Below the pieces are notes generated by a model, which worked only from the letters and a program-made list of their open reading frames with translations, was not told where the DNA came from and did no database searches. Source: Lobosporangium transversale (taxonomy: Eukaryota). From it: a stretch of DNA of 64,000 nucleotides. Below are positions 1 through 14,857 of this stretch, in pieces. Both the position numbers and the translations under genes were made by a program. The stretch covers positions 186,001 through 250,000 of the forward strand of contig NW_019029008.1 in NCBI RefSeq assembly GCF_002105155.1, read 5' to 3'. How positions within the stretch are numbered: the stretch's first letter is position 1; each line of letters starts with the position of its first letter.

Positions 1-902
1 CAGACCGTGCCTTTATATCTTGATAATCTAGACAAAGATTCGAGCACAGATCATGATCATCATCCATCACCAATATACCGTGTTTGGTTTTTCACCGGCA
101 CTGAAGGGACGACAACAGTTCAAATAAGCATCCGCGTGGGCCAAGCTGTCTGTGTGGGGTATGGCAAAGATATCTTGTGCAACATCCCCAAGATTCATGT
201 GCATGGAGCGACTTGGGACAAAGGACGCATCCATGTTCACGCGAGTAGCGACCTCATGATCCAACGGTTCAATGCGCGTCTTCTGGAGACATCTCATGTT
301 GATGGCCATTCTCAGCTAGAGGAGGGTCTTTCGGGAAGGCACCCGTCCATATTGCATTTTCAATACCAATCAACTGATTACCGACTTGCTGTTGTTGCAC
401 AACGATATCAAGCTGTAGCACGGATTGCCAGGATTGAAAGGGTTCGCGCGGAAATTGGCATTGGTGGACAACGACAGCCGGGTTTTGCAAGGATTACGCT
501 CTCCAACGTTGTCTTGCCTCAGTATGATGACCCATATCTACGTGTATATCAGCTTGATGGAGCAGAGATTTGGAACGTGTTAGTTGACGGAAAGCCCTGC
601 GGGAAATCGATTATGTATATGGACAGGAAGTCTGCTGGCCAGCGAACAGTGATGATCCCTATCCCTGAGGAATCCTTGAATGGCAATGACCTTCATCAAA
701 TCGAGATAAGCTATGGATTTAATACATTTGACTGTGATCAAGAAGATATGGAGGATGAGACTTTGGGGATCAAGTTGGTTGTGCCAGGGTTTTCCCTGCC
801 TGTCGGGGAATATGTGGTTGTTGCCAGCCTTCCAAAGTTGGCTAGAGGTAAATATGACATTTTTTATATTTATAGTTACACATGTCATGATGCATGGAAT
901 AA

Positions 903-934
<32 letters not shown>

Positions 935-2022
935 CTTTATTAACAGGTATAGACTATGATGAGCCGTCAGGAGACTTTGAGGTCATATCGAATCTCGGTA
1001 AGGTTGGCCAGCGGCGGACGATTACTTATGGGGCATACATGATTCGAGGCCGGCCTAGACTCTCTATTCGAACTGTGAGAGCCACAGCTGAGACATGGAA
1101 TGTGAATCAGATAGAGCATGAAGGTTTGGAGAGAGCGCAGGATGTAGCAGGTGGGTATGGAGAGGTATCTGGATCGCTGGAGCAGATTGGAAGGGCGGCA
1201 TCGGCTGTTGTAGCGCATGACCCTCAGCAACCGCCATTCAATGCAGGAGTAGTTGTAATTCAGCAGACTAGCCAAAGACATCCACAGCAACCACTTGAGC
1301 TTCAAAACCCACAGACAGAACAAAGGTTGGATGGTGAGATCCTTCCTGTGTTGAGTACAAGGACTAATGGACTAGGCAGTGGGGTAGAAGGCGGGGCTAC
1401 TACCTCGAATCTTGCACCGCAGGTGGGATCGCCAGCACTCATTCGCTCGGGCTCTGGCAGCTCACAGATGGGACTCTGGTGGTCGAAGCCGTTGTCGTTT
1501 GAGCAGGTGCCGGGGATGATGAGGAAATGGTGGAAGCCAGTGATGGCATCGATTGCGGCAGTGATGTTGATGATTATGATTGCGAATGCTGCGGCGTTCA
1601 GGGAGACTAAATCAACGTCGCTAGATCTGGTGGGAATACCAGCATGGCAGAGGCCATTTGTGGCTATTGGACGTCTCTGGCGAGATTCATCGATGTCTCC
1701 AAACGATCGACAGACAAACCCGTTCACGAGCATGTGGGAAGAATGGGGAGAACAGGGAGAGCAGAAGAAGGATGATTTGTATATGGAAACAGTTGTGACG
1801 GTGACGACTACGAAGGAGGCAGGGCCTAGAGAAACAGAGGAAGCAATGGAGACAACAACAACACAGGATCTAGAGATTCGATCTCCGCCAGAGGGGGGGC
1901 ACAAAGGAGATGGAGGCGGATATGAAGAGTATGATGGTCAGAACGGCACGAGGCCGGATGCTAGTGGATTGGGGAGAATAGTACAGTTCTTGAAAAAATT
2001 GGTGCATGATCTGAAGCATTGA
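1..2022 (+). CDS. 3' part of an uncharacterised membrane protein (beta-rich domain, one C-terminal TM helix); 5' end lies outside the window
   Basis: Open frame from the window edge to TGA at 2022. A 99-nt in-frame GT-AG intron (848-946, containing poly-T) explains the poly-F in the ORF track. Hydrophobic segment PVMASIAAVMLMIMIANAAAF. Confidence 0.75.
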
Positions 2023-2977
2023 TTGTAAATATCTCCATTTGGTCCTGATTTTTTTTTTTTTTTTTTTTATTTTGCTTTGCACCTCTATTGCATGACTAAA
2101 CAAACATCCATTTGCATATTCAAACTATTGACATGATAAAAATAAAGGGGAAGAAAAAAAAAAGAAAAAAAAATTACTATAATAAAGGTTAAGCAAAGTA
2201 TAAAAAAAAAAATAAGAAAACATGAGATGGCCGCAGCAGTCAACGGACAATGTACACGTGGCGCGTTTTATAATTTATTTTGAAGGAATGTTTTATTACT
2301 AATATTACTTTATTAGATTTGATGTGGTCTGACGATGATGATTGATTCAAGATAATTATAGGTTTTTGCTCAGATGTGTGCACATGCTTTTGATGGTTTT
2401 GAAGAGATAGAAGGTGCATGGGATGGCATGAAATGGGCGATATATAGATTTAATTGCAACCGAAGGGAAGAGAACAGAAAAGGCCGATAGAACATCAGTC
2501 AGTGGGGCCAGAAGAAAAAAGAAGAAGAGGGGAGATTCCTGATATGCATCAATAAATTATAAATTTACGAGCGTGCAGTTACAGTTCAGGGTAACATTCC
2601 AATCTGGTGATATGAATGTATATATTTATATATATATATACCTGAATATAGATATTATATACATACATATATATACAGTAGGTAGACAGATAGAAATATA
2701 GATATTCATACACATGGTCCAATAAGAGTGTTTCGTTGATGGATTGGGAGGTCAAGTGTTTTTGCTCTCATTCAGATTACACAAGAAGGAAAAATGGGGC
2801 AAAGGTATGTGTGTGTGTGTAGCTGTGGTATTTTATATACTGCTACTGTTTCTGATTCTGATTCTGTTCATTGCAGAATGTATATTTATATCGTATAAAA
2901 ATATGAGTATACACTTTGATATAAAGGTCAAGAAAAAAAAAAAAAAAAAAAAAAGAAAAAAGATAAATAAGGATATT

Positions 2978-2988
<11 letters not shown>

Positions 2989-3038
<50 letters not shown>
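2989..3038. repeat. (AG)n microsatellite
   Basis: About 25 perfect AG units. Confidence 0.95.
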
Positions 3039-3044
<6 letters not shown>

Positions 3045-4319
3045 GATGTAAAGGCTAGAAAGAGAGGGGAGTAGGGTGATAGGAAAGGGAGGGGGGGAAG
3101 AGTAGGGGGGGGGAGCCAGAAATAAATATTCAAGTATATGCATGCGTTAATGAGCTTAGTGGTGTATGCATGGTGGGCAATTAAGGAGTCCGAGTAACCA
3201 GAGGACTAAAAAAGATGCAGACTAAAGGATGAATGTTGAATGTTGAATGCTTGTTGCCTGTTGAAGATTTATATAAATATAAAGAGACAGAAGTAGGTAT
3301 AACATGTTTTTTAAATCGGAGAGAGAGAGAGAGCCAGAGCATTAACAAAAAGGCATGTAAAAGCAAGTGAGCGAAGAGCAACAAGAAGTTTAAAAAAACA
3401 AAAAAAGTGGATGGATAGGTGGATGGGTGGATGGGTGGATGGGATCCGAACCACATTCAATTTTAAAAAAGGGCTACTTTAACCCTCTTCTGTCTTTCCC
3501 CCCCTTATTTTTACTTTTTGATCACACGCACAGGCATTCCTGTGTTCACTAAAGAAAGGAAAAGAAAAGAGAAAAGAAAGAAGTTGAAGGAAGATGAGGA
3601 ATGGGGTCAAGAACCGGTTTTTTTTTCGATTTATCGGTCAGCAATGAAATAACACAGCGGAGGAAATCGAAATGTTCGCAGTACGCCGCCAAAGATATCA
3701 TTAGTTATTGCATGTTATATATGAATGAATATATAATAAACGAAACTCGAATTGGGCGCACATAGGGCTCAAAGATCCTTCAATGGATGATTTTATGGGC
3801 TGGGGTCCTTCCTCTGCGCCCTTTATTCTTTTTTTTTTTTTTTTTTTGCGGAGTAAAATGCTGGGCTGGACATTGATTGTGTTACCCATAACCCTTGGAT
3901 GCTCCTTTGTTGTTGAGCCAAAAGGAACATGTGTAAGGATTGTAAAATGTTGTCAGGTTCCAAAAATCGACAGGTTCCCAAGACTTTTTTTTTTTTGGTG
4001 TACATTACATTGTTCGTCCGACAATTTGTTGCCCTTTTTGTTGTTTTTGTTGTTTTTGTTGTGTTGATGGAAATAGAAAGGAAAATGCTGACGCAGATGC
4101 AATTGGGTGCAATCAGTGCCTTGACGCCCCAGGAACTGAGAGAAACATTTACTCTTTTCTTTTTTTGAATGCATGCAAGAGAGAAGAAATAGAGAGAGGA
4201 AGGGCCATGGCGATGGAAGTGGTACATCTATACTCAGTAACAGAGCAAAAAAAAAAAAAAAAAAAAAAAAACTCTCTCTCCCTTTTCTCTTCTGTTTTGT
4301 TATCCCCATTGAGTGTCTC

Positions 4320-4351
<32 letters not shown>

Positions 4352-4851
4352 CCTCTTTTTGTTTGTTCTCTTGCACCATCCCCTGCCTCCTTCCTATTCA
4401 CTCTCTTACACTCTTACGTTCTTACTCTCTTCTCCTTCTCTCCCTTCTCTTCCTCTTTCCTCTTTCCTCTTTCCTCTTTCCTCTTTGTCTCATTCTTCGC
4501 TTCCCTTACACGTTAATCACCTTTTCTCTCTCTCTTACTTTCTCACTTTCTTCCTTATTCATTCTTTTAATTCTTTCCTTCTCCTTCCTCCCCCCCCCCC
4601 CCCCCTTTTTTTATTTTTTTTATTTTTTTATTTTTTATTAAATCTTTTGAGTACGTCAAATTCTGGGGAAAAAAAAAAAAAAAACCGTTTATATTTTTTA
4701 TTTTTTATAAAACATTTGGCGTATATCTGGAACTGACTTTATTTCATTTTTTTTTTTTTTTAATTGTTTTTAATTGTTTTTATTTTTAATTTTATTTATT
4801 CTTCCTTCCTCTAATTGAACGTTGGGATCGAATTCGACATTCATCTTGATC

Positions 4852-6786
4852 ATGATTCAGATGATCATGTTGCGGAAACAATTATCACCTTCGTCTGTTC
4901 TTGCTTGGTGGAGCATGGTATCCTTACTTTCTGCAGCAGGACTTGTTCAGGCACAGGAAGTATGTCTCTTTTAGTTTTAGTTTTTTTAGTTATTTATTTG
5001 CTCACCCAGAGTTTTTTTATTTTTTATTTTTCATTATTATCATAATCATTGCATCATCCATATGCTTTTTGCTTATTATTTTTCTTATTATTCTTTTTAT
5101 TCTCTTAATCTTAACTTTTTGTTTTTGTTTTGTTGTTCCGTCTTATCGTATTAGCCAACACAACCATCTCCAACACAAGAACCTACAACGACAGCAGCGC
5201 CCACAACAACCACAACCACAACCACAACAACAACAACGACAACAACGACCGATCCAGTCTACACCACCACAACCGATCCTGTTACTTCCTTTACCCTCCC
5301 CTCTTCTGCCTCCTCCACTTTTACCTCTCTTCCCTCCCCTTCCACTGACGGTCCTGTCATCCCTCCTACATTCTCCCAATCCATCTCCTCTCCTTCTTCC
5401 TTTAGTCCTACTTCTACTCCAAACCCTACACCGATTGTCCCTCCAGGAAGTCGCGATCCATCACCCCGCAATAATGTTCCCGTGATCGTTGGCTCTGTCG
5501 TTGGTGCTCTAGCTCTAATTATTATTGCTGCAACCACCATTATCTGTTACCGACGCAAGAAACGTCAGAGCCATGAGCTGACATTTGATAATTTACAGGG
5601 CATGAGTGCAACCGATGCACGTGCTAATCAACGACACACCATTGGATCCGAAACAGCAACTGCGGCTGGGGCTGGGGCTGGAGCCATGGCCGGAGCCGTG
5701 GCAGGAGGAGCGAACGGATACGGAAATGCTGGATATGACGATTACGGTTATGACTATGAAAACCAATCAAACATCGGTGGGGGTATTCATCCAGGATATG
5801 GCGCTCATCCTATGGGAGGAGGAGGATATGGTGGTGATATGGGATATGATCCCTATGGAGCAACCCAGCAGGGTTATCAAACCAACCCTTCCATTTTCCA
5901 GGAAGATTCTTTGGCATATTCAGGCGCCACGGGCAGGGGTCGTGGGATGGGATATGATCAGAATAACTTGCCCGAGATCATGTATAGGAATGGCGATGAC
6001 CTGAGTCGACCTTCAGGTGAGGTTGCAACAGGTTATTATGATGAGAGTATGATGTATAATCCAAATGGATATGTTGGACCCCAAGATATGTGGGCTCCTG
6101 ACCCTTCAGCCGTAGGAGGAGCAACAGCAGGAGCAGTAGCAGGAGCAGGAGCAGCAACAGGAGCAACAACAGGATTAAATTATCAGCAGGGCTATGACTA
6201 TCCCGGTTATGATCAGCAGCAAGGACCAGGACCCGCTTCAGCTGGTACTGCACATGGTTATGGAGATAATAATGAATTGTACTCTGGCACGCTGAGTTAT
6301 GAAAGGAACTCACTCAACCATTTTGAGAATTCATCCGATACTGCTGTAGGATCCGTGGGTAGTCCTCGTAGCAAATTCCGCGGTCATAATCCTCAGGCCC
6401 TACTAGAAGAGTCGCCCCGTCAACATCAATTAAGAGGCGGTGACCTGTTTGGACAAGATGCTGAGAATGCTCAACAGGCAGCTGTGTCCGCATTGGCAGG
6501 AAGACCAAGTCAAGACGATGGCACCACTTCCTCACCCGTCACGACATCCAGTCCAAGACAGGGGGCGAGCAGGGGTGACATGAGGAGCTTTGAGATGACT
6601 AGACAGGCTCTTCCTAGATCATCGGGTGAGGCCCTAGGGGGTGTGCAGAGTTATGCGGATGATTATGCAGCCAGTCGAGGTTCTCTCTCTGCAGATCGCC
6701 CCTCAATGGACCAAACCGGATCTGGGTCCTCAAACTTCAATCCAAACAAGAGTTTGCGATCAAATCGTCGTGAGGACTGGTCATAA
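4852..6786 (+). CDS. Type I membrane protein, Mid2/Wsc-like cell-surface sensor (signal peptide, Thr/Ser/Pro-rich ectodomain, TM helix, Gly/Tyr-rich cytoplasmic tail)
   Basis: Exon 1 4852-4959 encodes MIQMIMLRKQLSPSSVLAWWSMVSLLSAAGLVQAQE (signal peptide). Intron 4960-5154 is GTATGT...TTAG. Exon 2 runs in frame from PTQPSPTQEPTTTAAPTTT into the 5482-6786 ORF, with TM VIVGSVVGALALIIIAATTIICY followed by RRKKR. Confidence 0.8.
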
Positions 6787-6969
6787 AAAGAAAAAAGAAA
6801 AAAAAAAAATTAGAGAATGTTTATAATTCTTGTTTTAATCAAATCCTCATGACTTTATCGCTGCTCACTCTACTACCGTCATCATCGTCGTCGTCATCGT
6901 CGTCGTCATCGTCATCGTCATCGCTATCACCAACACCATCACCATCCTCATCCTCAACCTTTTTATTAC

Positions 6970-7009
<40 letters not shown>

Positions 7010-7523
7010 TGTTGGCCATCATTCCTATTACAATTCAACCTCAACAGTTTTTGGTATTGCATTTTTTTTTATTTATTTATTTATTTTTTTTTTACTCAAT
7101 ATCACTCCAACTCTGCCTTGATGGCTAGAGTCTTTTTTTTTTTTTTTTTTTTTTTCCTCTTTTCTTTTTTTCCTGCATCCTTTTATGATTCAACTCTGGG
7201 AGTTGACATAACATTCCTTTTTCTTTAATAACGATAATGATAGCCATGATCATCCTACATTACACACTTTTATATAATAATAATGGGTAAAAAAAAAAAC
7301 AAAAAAAAAACAAACAAGCTTGAGAGTCTCTAAAAAAAATCTAATAATAATTCAAAAAAATGTTGATGCTTTTTTTTTTTTTTTTTTTTTTTTTTTATTA
7401 TTATTATTATTATCTTCCTTTCTTGACTTGGATGATCTTTTTACTGAATAATTAAAAAATCAAGTTGGAAGATTTGCTTGGAAAAAAAAAAAGAAAAAAT
7501 TATGCATGTCTCCTTTATTATTA

Positions 7524-9259
<1,736 letters not shown>

Positions 9260-9620
9260 GGAATGTGTGTGTTGGTTGCACTTTTTTTGTCTTTTAATGA
9301 ATGAATGAAAAACAAAAAAAAAAAAAAACAAAATAAGTTTGTGATGGATAGCCACCGAAAAAAAAAAAAAAAAAAAAAAAAAAGTTGTTGTTTAAATTGT
9401 GATAAAAGGTCACAAAGCACGTGCACACACTCGTGGGGGTGGGGTACATAAAAGAAAATTGGATCAGGATTTTCCCTTCGCCTAGGATATTAGGATAGGA
9501 AAGGCGCCAGACAAAAAGTCAAAGCTCAGCTTACAGTAAGAAACCCGAGAACATAAGCTATCGTTCATCCATTCATTCATAGAACTAGTTTTTCTGATAT
9601 ATTATTACTTTTTTTTTTTA

Positions 9621-10924
9621 TCAGAAAGAAACGACTTTTTTAACTGCTTTTGCATTACTCTGACTATTCGTCTTGATAATCTTCTTGATCGCCTTTTGTT
9701 CCTCGGTCAACTTTCGTTTCTCATCCACAAAGATATGGAAATCATCATCATCCGCTCCTTGAACCAAATCAATCTTCCCCACCGTCAGAGTCCCGACCTC
9801 TTCCTTGGTCAATTTACAATCCTTTGCTAAATGATCCACTTTCCCACAGAATCGACAGGATCCACCATTGGGGTATAACCCCTTCTCGTTCTTGGGACAT
9901 TTCCCTGCAAGATGTCCCTGTTCCTTACAAACAAAACAGGTCGCAAACTTGAACTTGTTGCCATCCTTTGAGAGTTTTCTACAATCCTTGGTCGTGTGTT
10001 CTAATGATCCACAGCTATAACACATCCCAACCTCTCCTGTGGTCTCCTTACAGTTCTTGGCACTATGTCCTGTCTTGCGGCAAGCAAAACATATCTTTTA
10101 ATCATTATAAGCATATCATGATGATGATGATAAAAATAATAATAATAACAATAATATTAAAAAATAGTTCATGATGGGTTAATAAAAATATATATATATA
10201 TTGGGTAGGGATGTGTGTCTTGTTTCACAGGAAGGGATAAAATAACCTACCGAGGCATTTGCCTTTTCCTTCTGTCTCCTCAAGCGACGTCTCTCTGATC
10301 TGGTTGAATTATCTATAAAAGAGATGATTAGAGATGAAGAAAAGGGGGAAAAAAATAAGAGTTTGCAAAACAATTGATTGATTGATTCTCCTCCTCCTCC
10401 TCCTCCTCCTCCTCCTCCTCCTCCTCCTCCTTCCTTGAAATAGTTTACAAAAAAAAAAAAAAAAAAAAAAAATTACCCATGTTTGATTCCGATTTTGCAT
10501 CTTTTCCAGTGTTATCTTTGCCTTTCTTATTCTTGCTGTTCTTCTTTTGCTTCTTCTTTTTCTCATTTTCATTAGATGGTTCAACTTCTAATGCTGCTGT
10601 CTCTGCCTTTGTCTCTGTCTTTGTTTCTGCCTTAGTCTCTGGCTCTGTCTCGGCCTTTCTCTTTTTACTGTTCGTTTTGTTTCCTTCTGCTTTGGTTTCC
10701 TTGGCCTTCTCTGATGATGATGATGATGATGATGATGATGACCCTGACGGTTTTTCGTTAGATACCTGTGGTTTTTGTTGCTGTTGCTGTTGCTGTTGCT
10801 GTTGTGGTTGCTGTGTTGGGTTGTCGGTTGACTTTACTACCTTCGAAGGCATTAATGGTGTGACAGTGAAGGACTCTGAGGCGTCCACGTGGCGCTTCCG
10901 TTCCAACTTTGTGTATCGAGTCAT
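9621..10924 (-). CDS. Zinc-knuckle (4x CCHC) protein, ZCCHC9-like
   Basis: Exons 10924-10477, 10312-10251, 10094-9621. Knuckles CFACRKTGH, CYSCGSLEH, CFVCKEQGH, CRFCGKVDH, with the KGLYPNGGSC linker typical of the family. Lys-rich N-terminus. Confidence 0.85.
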
Positions 10925-11351
10925 GACTAAGCTTTACGGAGATAAATAAATAGAATAATAAAGTATGTAATGTATAATGAAAAATGGGAAGGAATAAAGG
11001 AAGGAAGGAAGGGATAAAGAAGACGAATGATAAAGGAAGTGAAGAAGGTATTAGAGAGTAAGTACCTTTATTTCTTATTTTTTATTTTTTTACTTTTATT
11101 TATTTTTTTATTTTTTTTTTTAAAAAAAAGAAAACAAAGGGTGGCTTGTCTTAAGGGCGATAGTATATACAAGAGGGGGGACACAAAATCTATGAAAGCA
11201 ACGTTAAGAGTGGAATGGTATGATAAAATAAAAATGTCGTGAATGATGGAATATGTCAAGGAGTAAAGGTAGGGGGAGAGAGGAATATTAAATATTAAAT
11301 ATTAAATATTAAATACTGTATAAATATGTAGATATGTGGTGTATATTATTA

Positions 11352-11812
11352 TTATACGCTCTTAAGGCTTGCTGTCCTTATAGACCTTGACCCCCGATCT
11401 GGGACAAAAGGTAGAAACTCAAGCTGTGGTCTCACTTGTGTTTTATCGACTGACATGACTCGCATCCACAGTGGTAAATTAAAGAGGATCCTCCGTTTCA
11501 TGTCAGATGCCAGGCCTTGGTCATTGAGTGCTTTGGCAGTCTGACCTGCTGATTGCATACAAATCTTGATCAATGGCAAACGCGTCTCCTGATAAGCCTC
11601 AAAGGCTTCTACGATAGCTTCTAGAGGATAGGGACTTTGGATCTTGCTGAACAGATTTGCTAAACAAACTGCATCCAATATCGCTTGTTCTGCACCCTGG
11701 CCTGCAAAAGATACAAACTGGATAGAATAGGATATGAATAAAAATATATTTATATTAAAGTTAGCTAAAGATCGAAAAAACAAAGGTCTGTAAATGACAG
11801 GGCTGATGCCTT

Positions 11813-11843
<31 letters not shown>

Positions 11844-14117
11844 CTTTTTTCTTTTTTCTTTTTTCTTTTTTCTTTTAAACAGATGTTTACCTTATGGCAG
11901 GCTGATGATTGATCAAAGAATAAGAGCCAAATGAAGAAATCAAAAGAGCAAAGCAAACAAAAAGCAGAACAGGTTAGCAAAAGACAGGTCTAGATGTAAC
12001 TTATTCACGTGGGAGAGATAGATTGATTTTTTTTTTAAACTTGAGGAAATAAAGGACCCACCTTCACCAATCAAGACCGTTCGTCCATGATACCATGTCT
12101 TGTAATGCTTTTCTTCAACCAAGATCTTTGTGATATTCTCTCTTGGCGTCTCTGCAATCAGATCACCAAGTTTCCCTCCAAAGGGAGTCTCGAGATCCTC
12201 AATCAGTTGACATGCCTTGTCAACCTCTTCAGGTCCATACTGTGAGACCATGAAGTTTTGTTCAGACTTGTTACATGTCAACAAAGGTCCGGTGACACAC
12301 CAAGTGATTCTGTTTCCAGACACTGCGGATAGCCACATCTATATACATTTATATATAAAGGAAGAGAGACATTGAAGCGGGTTGTTAGATAGAGGTGAAA
12401 GAATAAGAATCAATATACAATGCAAAGAGAGAGAGAGAGAGAGAGCGAGAGAGAGCGAGAGAGAGCCAGAGAGAGCCAGAGAGCGCGAGAGAGATTGGAG
12501 TTAAAACAGTGTAAGGTACTTACAGTGTGTGGAGAGGGAGAGTCCTTTCCGATGATGATATGGACTTCACAAAAGGTCTTGGCGACATCGGGGAAGCGAG
12601 CCGGATCCAAAGGATTGGTCAAACCGTTAAGAGCATTCTGCGAAAACTTTAGACTTTCCATGTCCTGTTTAGGCAAAAGCGATTTGGACTTTAGAGTTTT
12701 GAAGAGATTTTGACGGACAGCAGAATGAGCACCATCTGCTCCGACGAGGACATCGCCCTGGACGACATGTCCATTGGCACAACGACATTGGACACCGGCA
12801 TTGCCGCTGACAATCTCGAGGACCTTTCGACCCCATTGGATCCGATCATTACGCATCCTCGAGATGAGGAGCTGACAAAGCTCTGTTCTCTGTACGATAA
12901 AGGAGTAATGGCCATGTCTGAAATCAAAATAAATCAGAATTAAAATAAGAATAAAATACAAATCAGATTAAATAATTTAACGGTCGTTGGCTCTGCTCTT
13001 TCTTTCTTTTTTTTTTTTTTTTTTTGACTTGGAAAGTTCAACTTTTAAACTTTCTTTCCCATTTTCCATTTTCCATATTCCATTTGTGAGGATATGGGGG
13101 GCGATTATGATTGAAAATAAAATAAAATAAAATAAAATAAAATAAAATAATAAAATAAAATAAAATGATTGGGACAATTGACCATCGGTCGTAGCACGAG
13201 AGCAAAGGATTGGGCCAAATCCCATCCTTTCAACTGACTATGCGCCATTTTCTTTTCTTCTCTCTCTTTTCTCCTCCTCCCCGCCTACATAAAACACGTT
13301 ACTCGAGCTTCCGATTTGAAATCCACTTCCATGGTCCTGTAGTACAAATTTACCATCATATTGTCATCTTGCACATATTATGTATCACCATATCACTGTA
13401 TCACAACTTTTTTTTTTTTTTTTTGTTTCTTTTTGTTTCTTTTTTTTTTTTTAACAGGCTCTGATGAATGTTCTTATAACTTTGCGCCCTAACGTCCCTA
13501 AAGCCTTTTTTGTGTCTTTGTTTATGTGTTTGTAATGATTGTGCTCAATAGAAGCACTGCATCGCATAATAAAAAAGCAATTGGGCTGTTTGCTGTTGCT
13601 GTTTGCTGTTTGCTGTTTGCTGTTTGCTGTTTGCTATTGCTTCTATTGTTTCTATTGCATCTATTGCATCTGTTGCATCTGTTGCTAATTGTCATTGTTA
13701 TAAGGATGCTTACCTCTCTTTATGGAACGAAAAGTCAATCTTGCCAACGGCAGACATATTGTGCTTGCGCAACGTAAGGCCCGAAATGGGCATTGCAATC
13801 TTCATGACCTCGTCCAGTAACCCAAGCTGTTCAACCACCCCCAATGTATTGGCTGCTAACTTGACTGTTGACCTGGGTGCGTCCAAAAGATCATGCATCC
13901 TCTCCAGGATCACATAATCGATCCCGGCACGCTCAAGGCAGAGACCCAACATCAACCCTCCAATCCCTGCACCGACGATCAACACCTTGAACGTCGGTGT
14001 TTCCTCATGAAAACCTGGGTATTGGAAGATAGTAGATGAGGATGCGCTGTGGACAGTTGATATAGAGGATGTGGTTCTTGTGAAGGATGAAGGATTGGTC
14101 AGGCGTCTTTCCGTCAT
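11352..14117 (-). CDS. FAD-dependent monooxygenase (FAD_binding_3 / salicylate-hydroxylase-like)
   Basis: VLIVGAGIGGL (GxGxxG), DVLVGADGAHSAVR (DG motif), WYHGRTVLIGEACHK...GQGA. Exons about 14117-13714, 12917-12525, 12339-12062, 11901-11891 (11-nt microexon), 11717-11352. Confidence 0.92.
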
Positions 14118-14624
14118 GGTTGTTGCTTTTGATTTGGTTCTGTATTTTGTATTTGTTATTGTTGCTGTTGTTGTTGGATGGATGATGTGAATGTTATACA
14201 ATTAGTTTGGAGTACAGGAGGATAGAGATATGGAGATATGGAGATATGAAATAATTTAAATTAAAAAATTAAATAAAACAGATTGGTTGCAGTGACTGAA
14301 CAGAAGATCAAGTAGAATAGACAAGAACTAGAAAATAGAAAAATAATGCAATGCAATGCAATAAAGTGTGAAATGAATGGAATGAAATGAATGTCAAATG
14401 AACTGAATAATGCTAATGCGATGAAGAGATGAAGTATTAACGAACTGAAAGAAAGAAAGGAAAAAAAGAATAAAAAAATAAGAAATAAAGACTTCAAGCA
14501 TATACCCAGAAAGATGGAAAAAAGAAAAAAGAAAAAAAAAAAAAAAAAAACGTTTGCGATGGCCATGCAATGCCATGTTGTTTATATACTTTTTTTTTTT
14601 TTTTTTTTTTTTTGTTGGTTACCG

Positions 14625-14857
14625 CATGGCATGGCATGGCATGGCTATTCAGACACAGATTCTAAGGCACAGCTCGTCGGAGTCGAGAATGGTCTTGCAT
14701 TCTTTATTGCGTTTGTTTTGTAGGAGTATGGTGGTAAATATATAGTACAGTTTTTGCAAGTCTGCATATTTGTTTTGAGAGTGCCCTGTCCCATGTGTAC
14801 ATGTACATGCATTTGGACACATGTGGGCATGGCATGGCATGGCATGGGCATGGCATG
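14625..14857. repeat. Two (GCATG)n pentanucleotide clusters upstream of the monooxygenase
   Basis: gcatggcatggcatggc at about 14625-14645 and gcatggcatggcatggcatgggcatggcatgg at about 14827-14857. Confidence 0.8.

Noticed and set aside
848..946. Poly-Phe segment in the 671-aa ORF
   Set aside because: It lies in a stop-free 99-nt GT-AG intron.
2744..4736. Many short ORFs rich in poly-K, poly-F, RE or LS
   Set aside because: They are translations of homopolymer and microsatellite tracts with no domain signal. The same applies to similar ORFs throughout the window.
13303..13395. Possible cassette exon inside monooxygenase intron 1
   Set aside because: The flanking exons join correctly without it (KER|HGHYSF) and it shows no recognisable homology.
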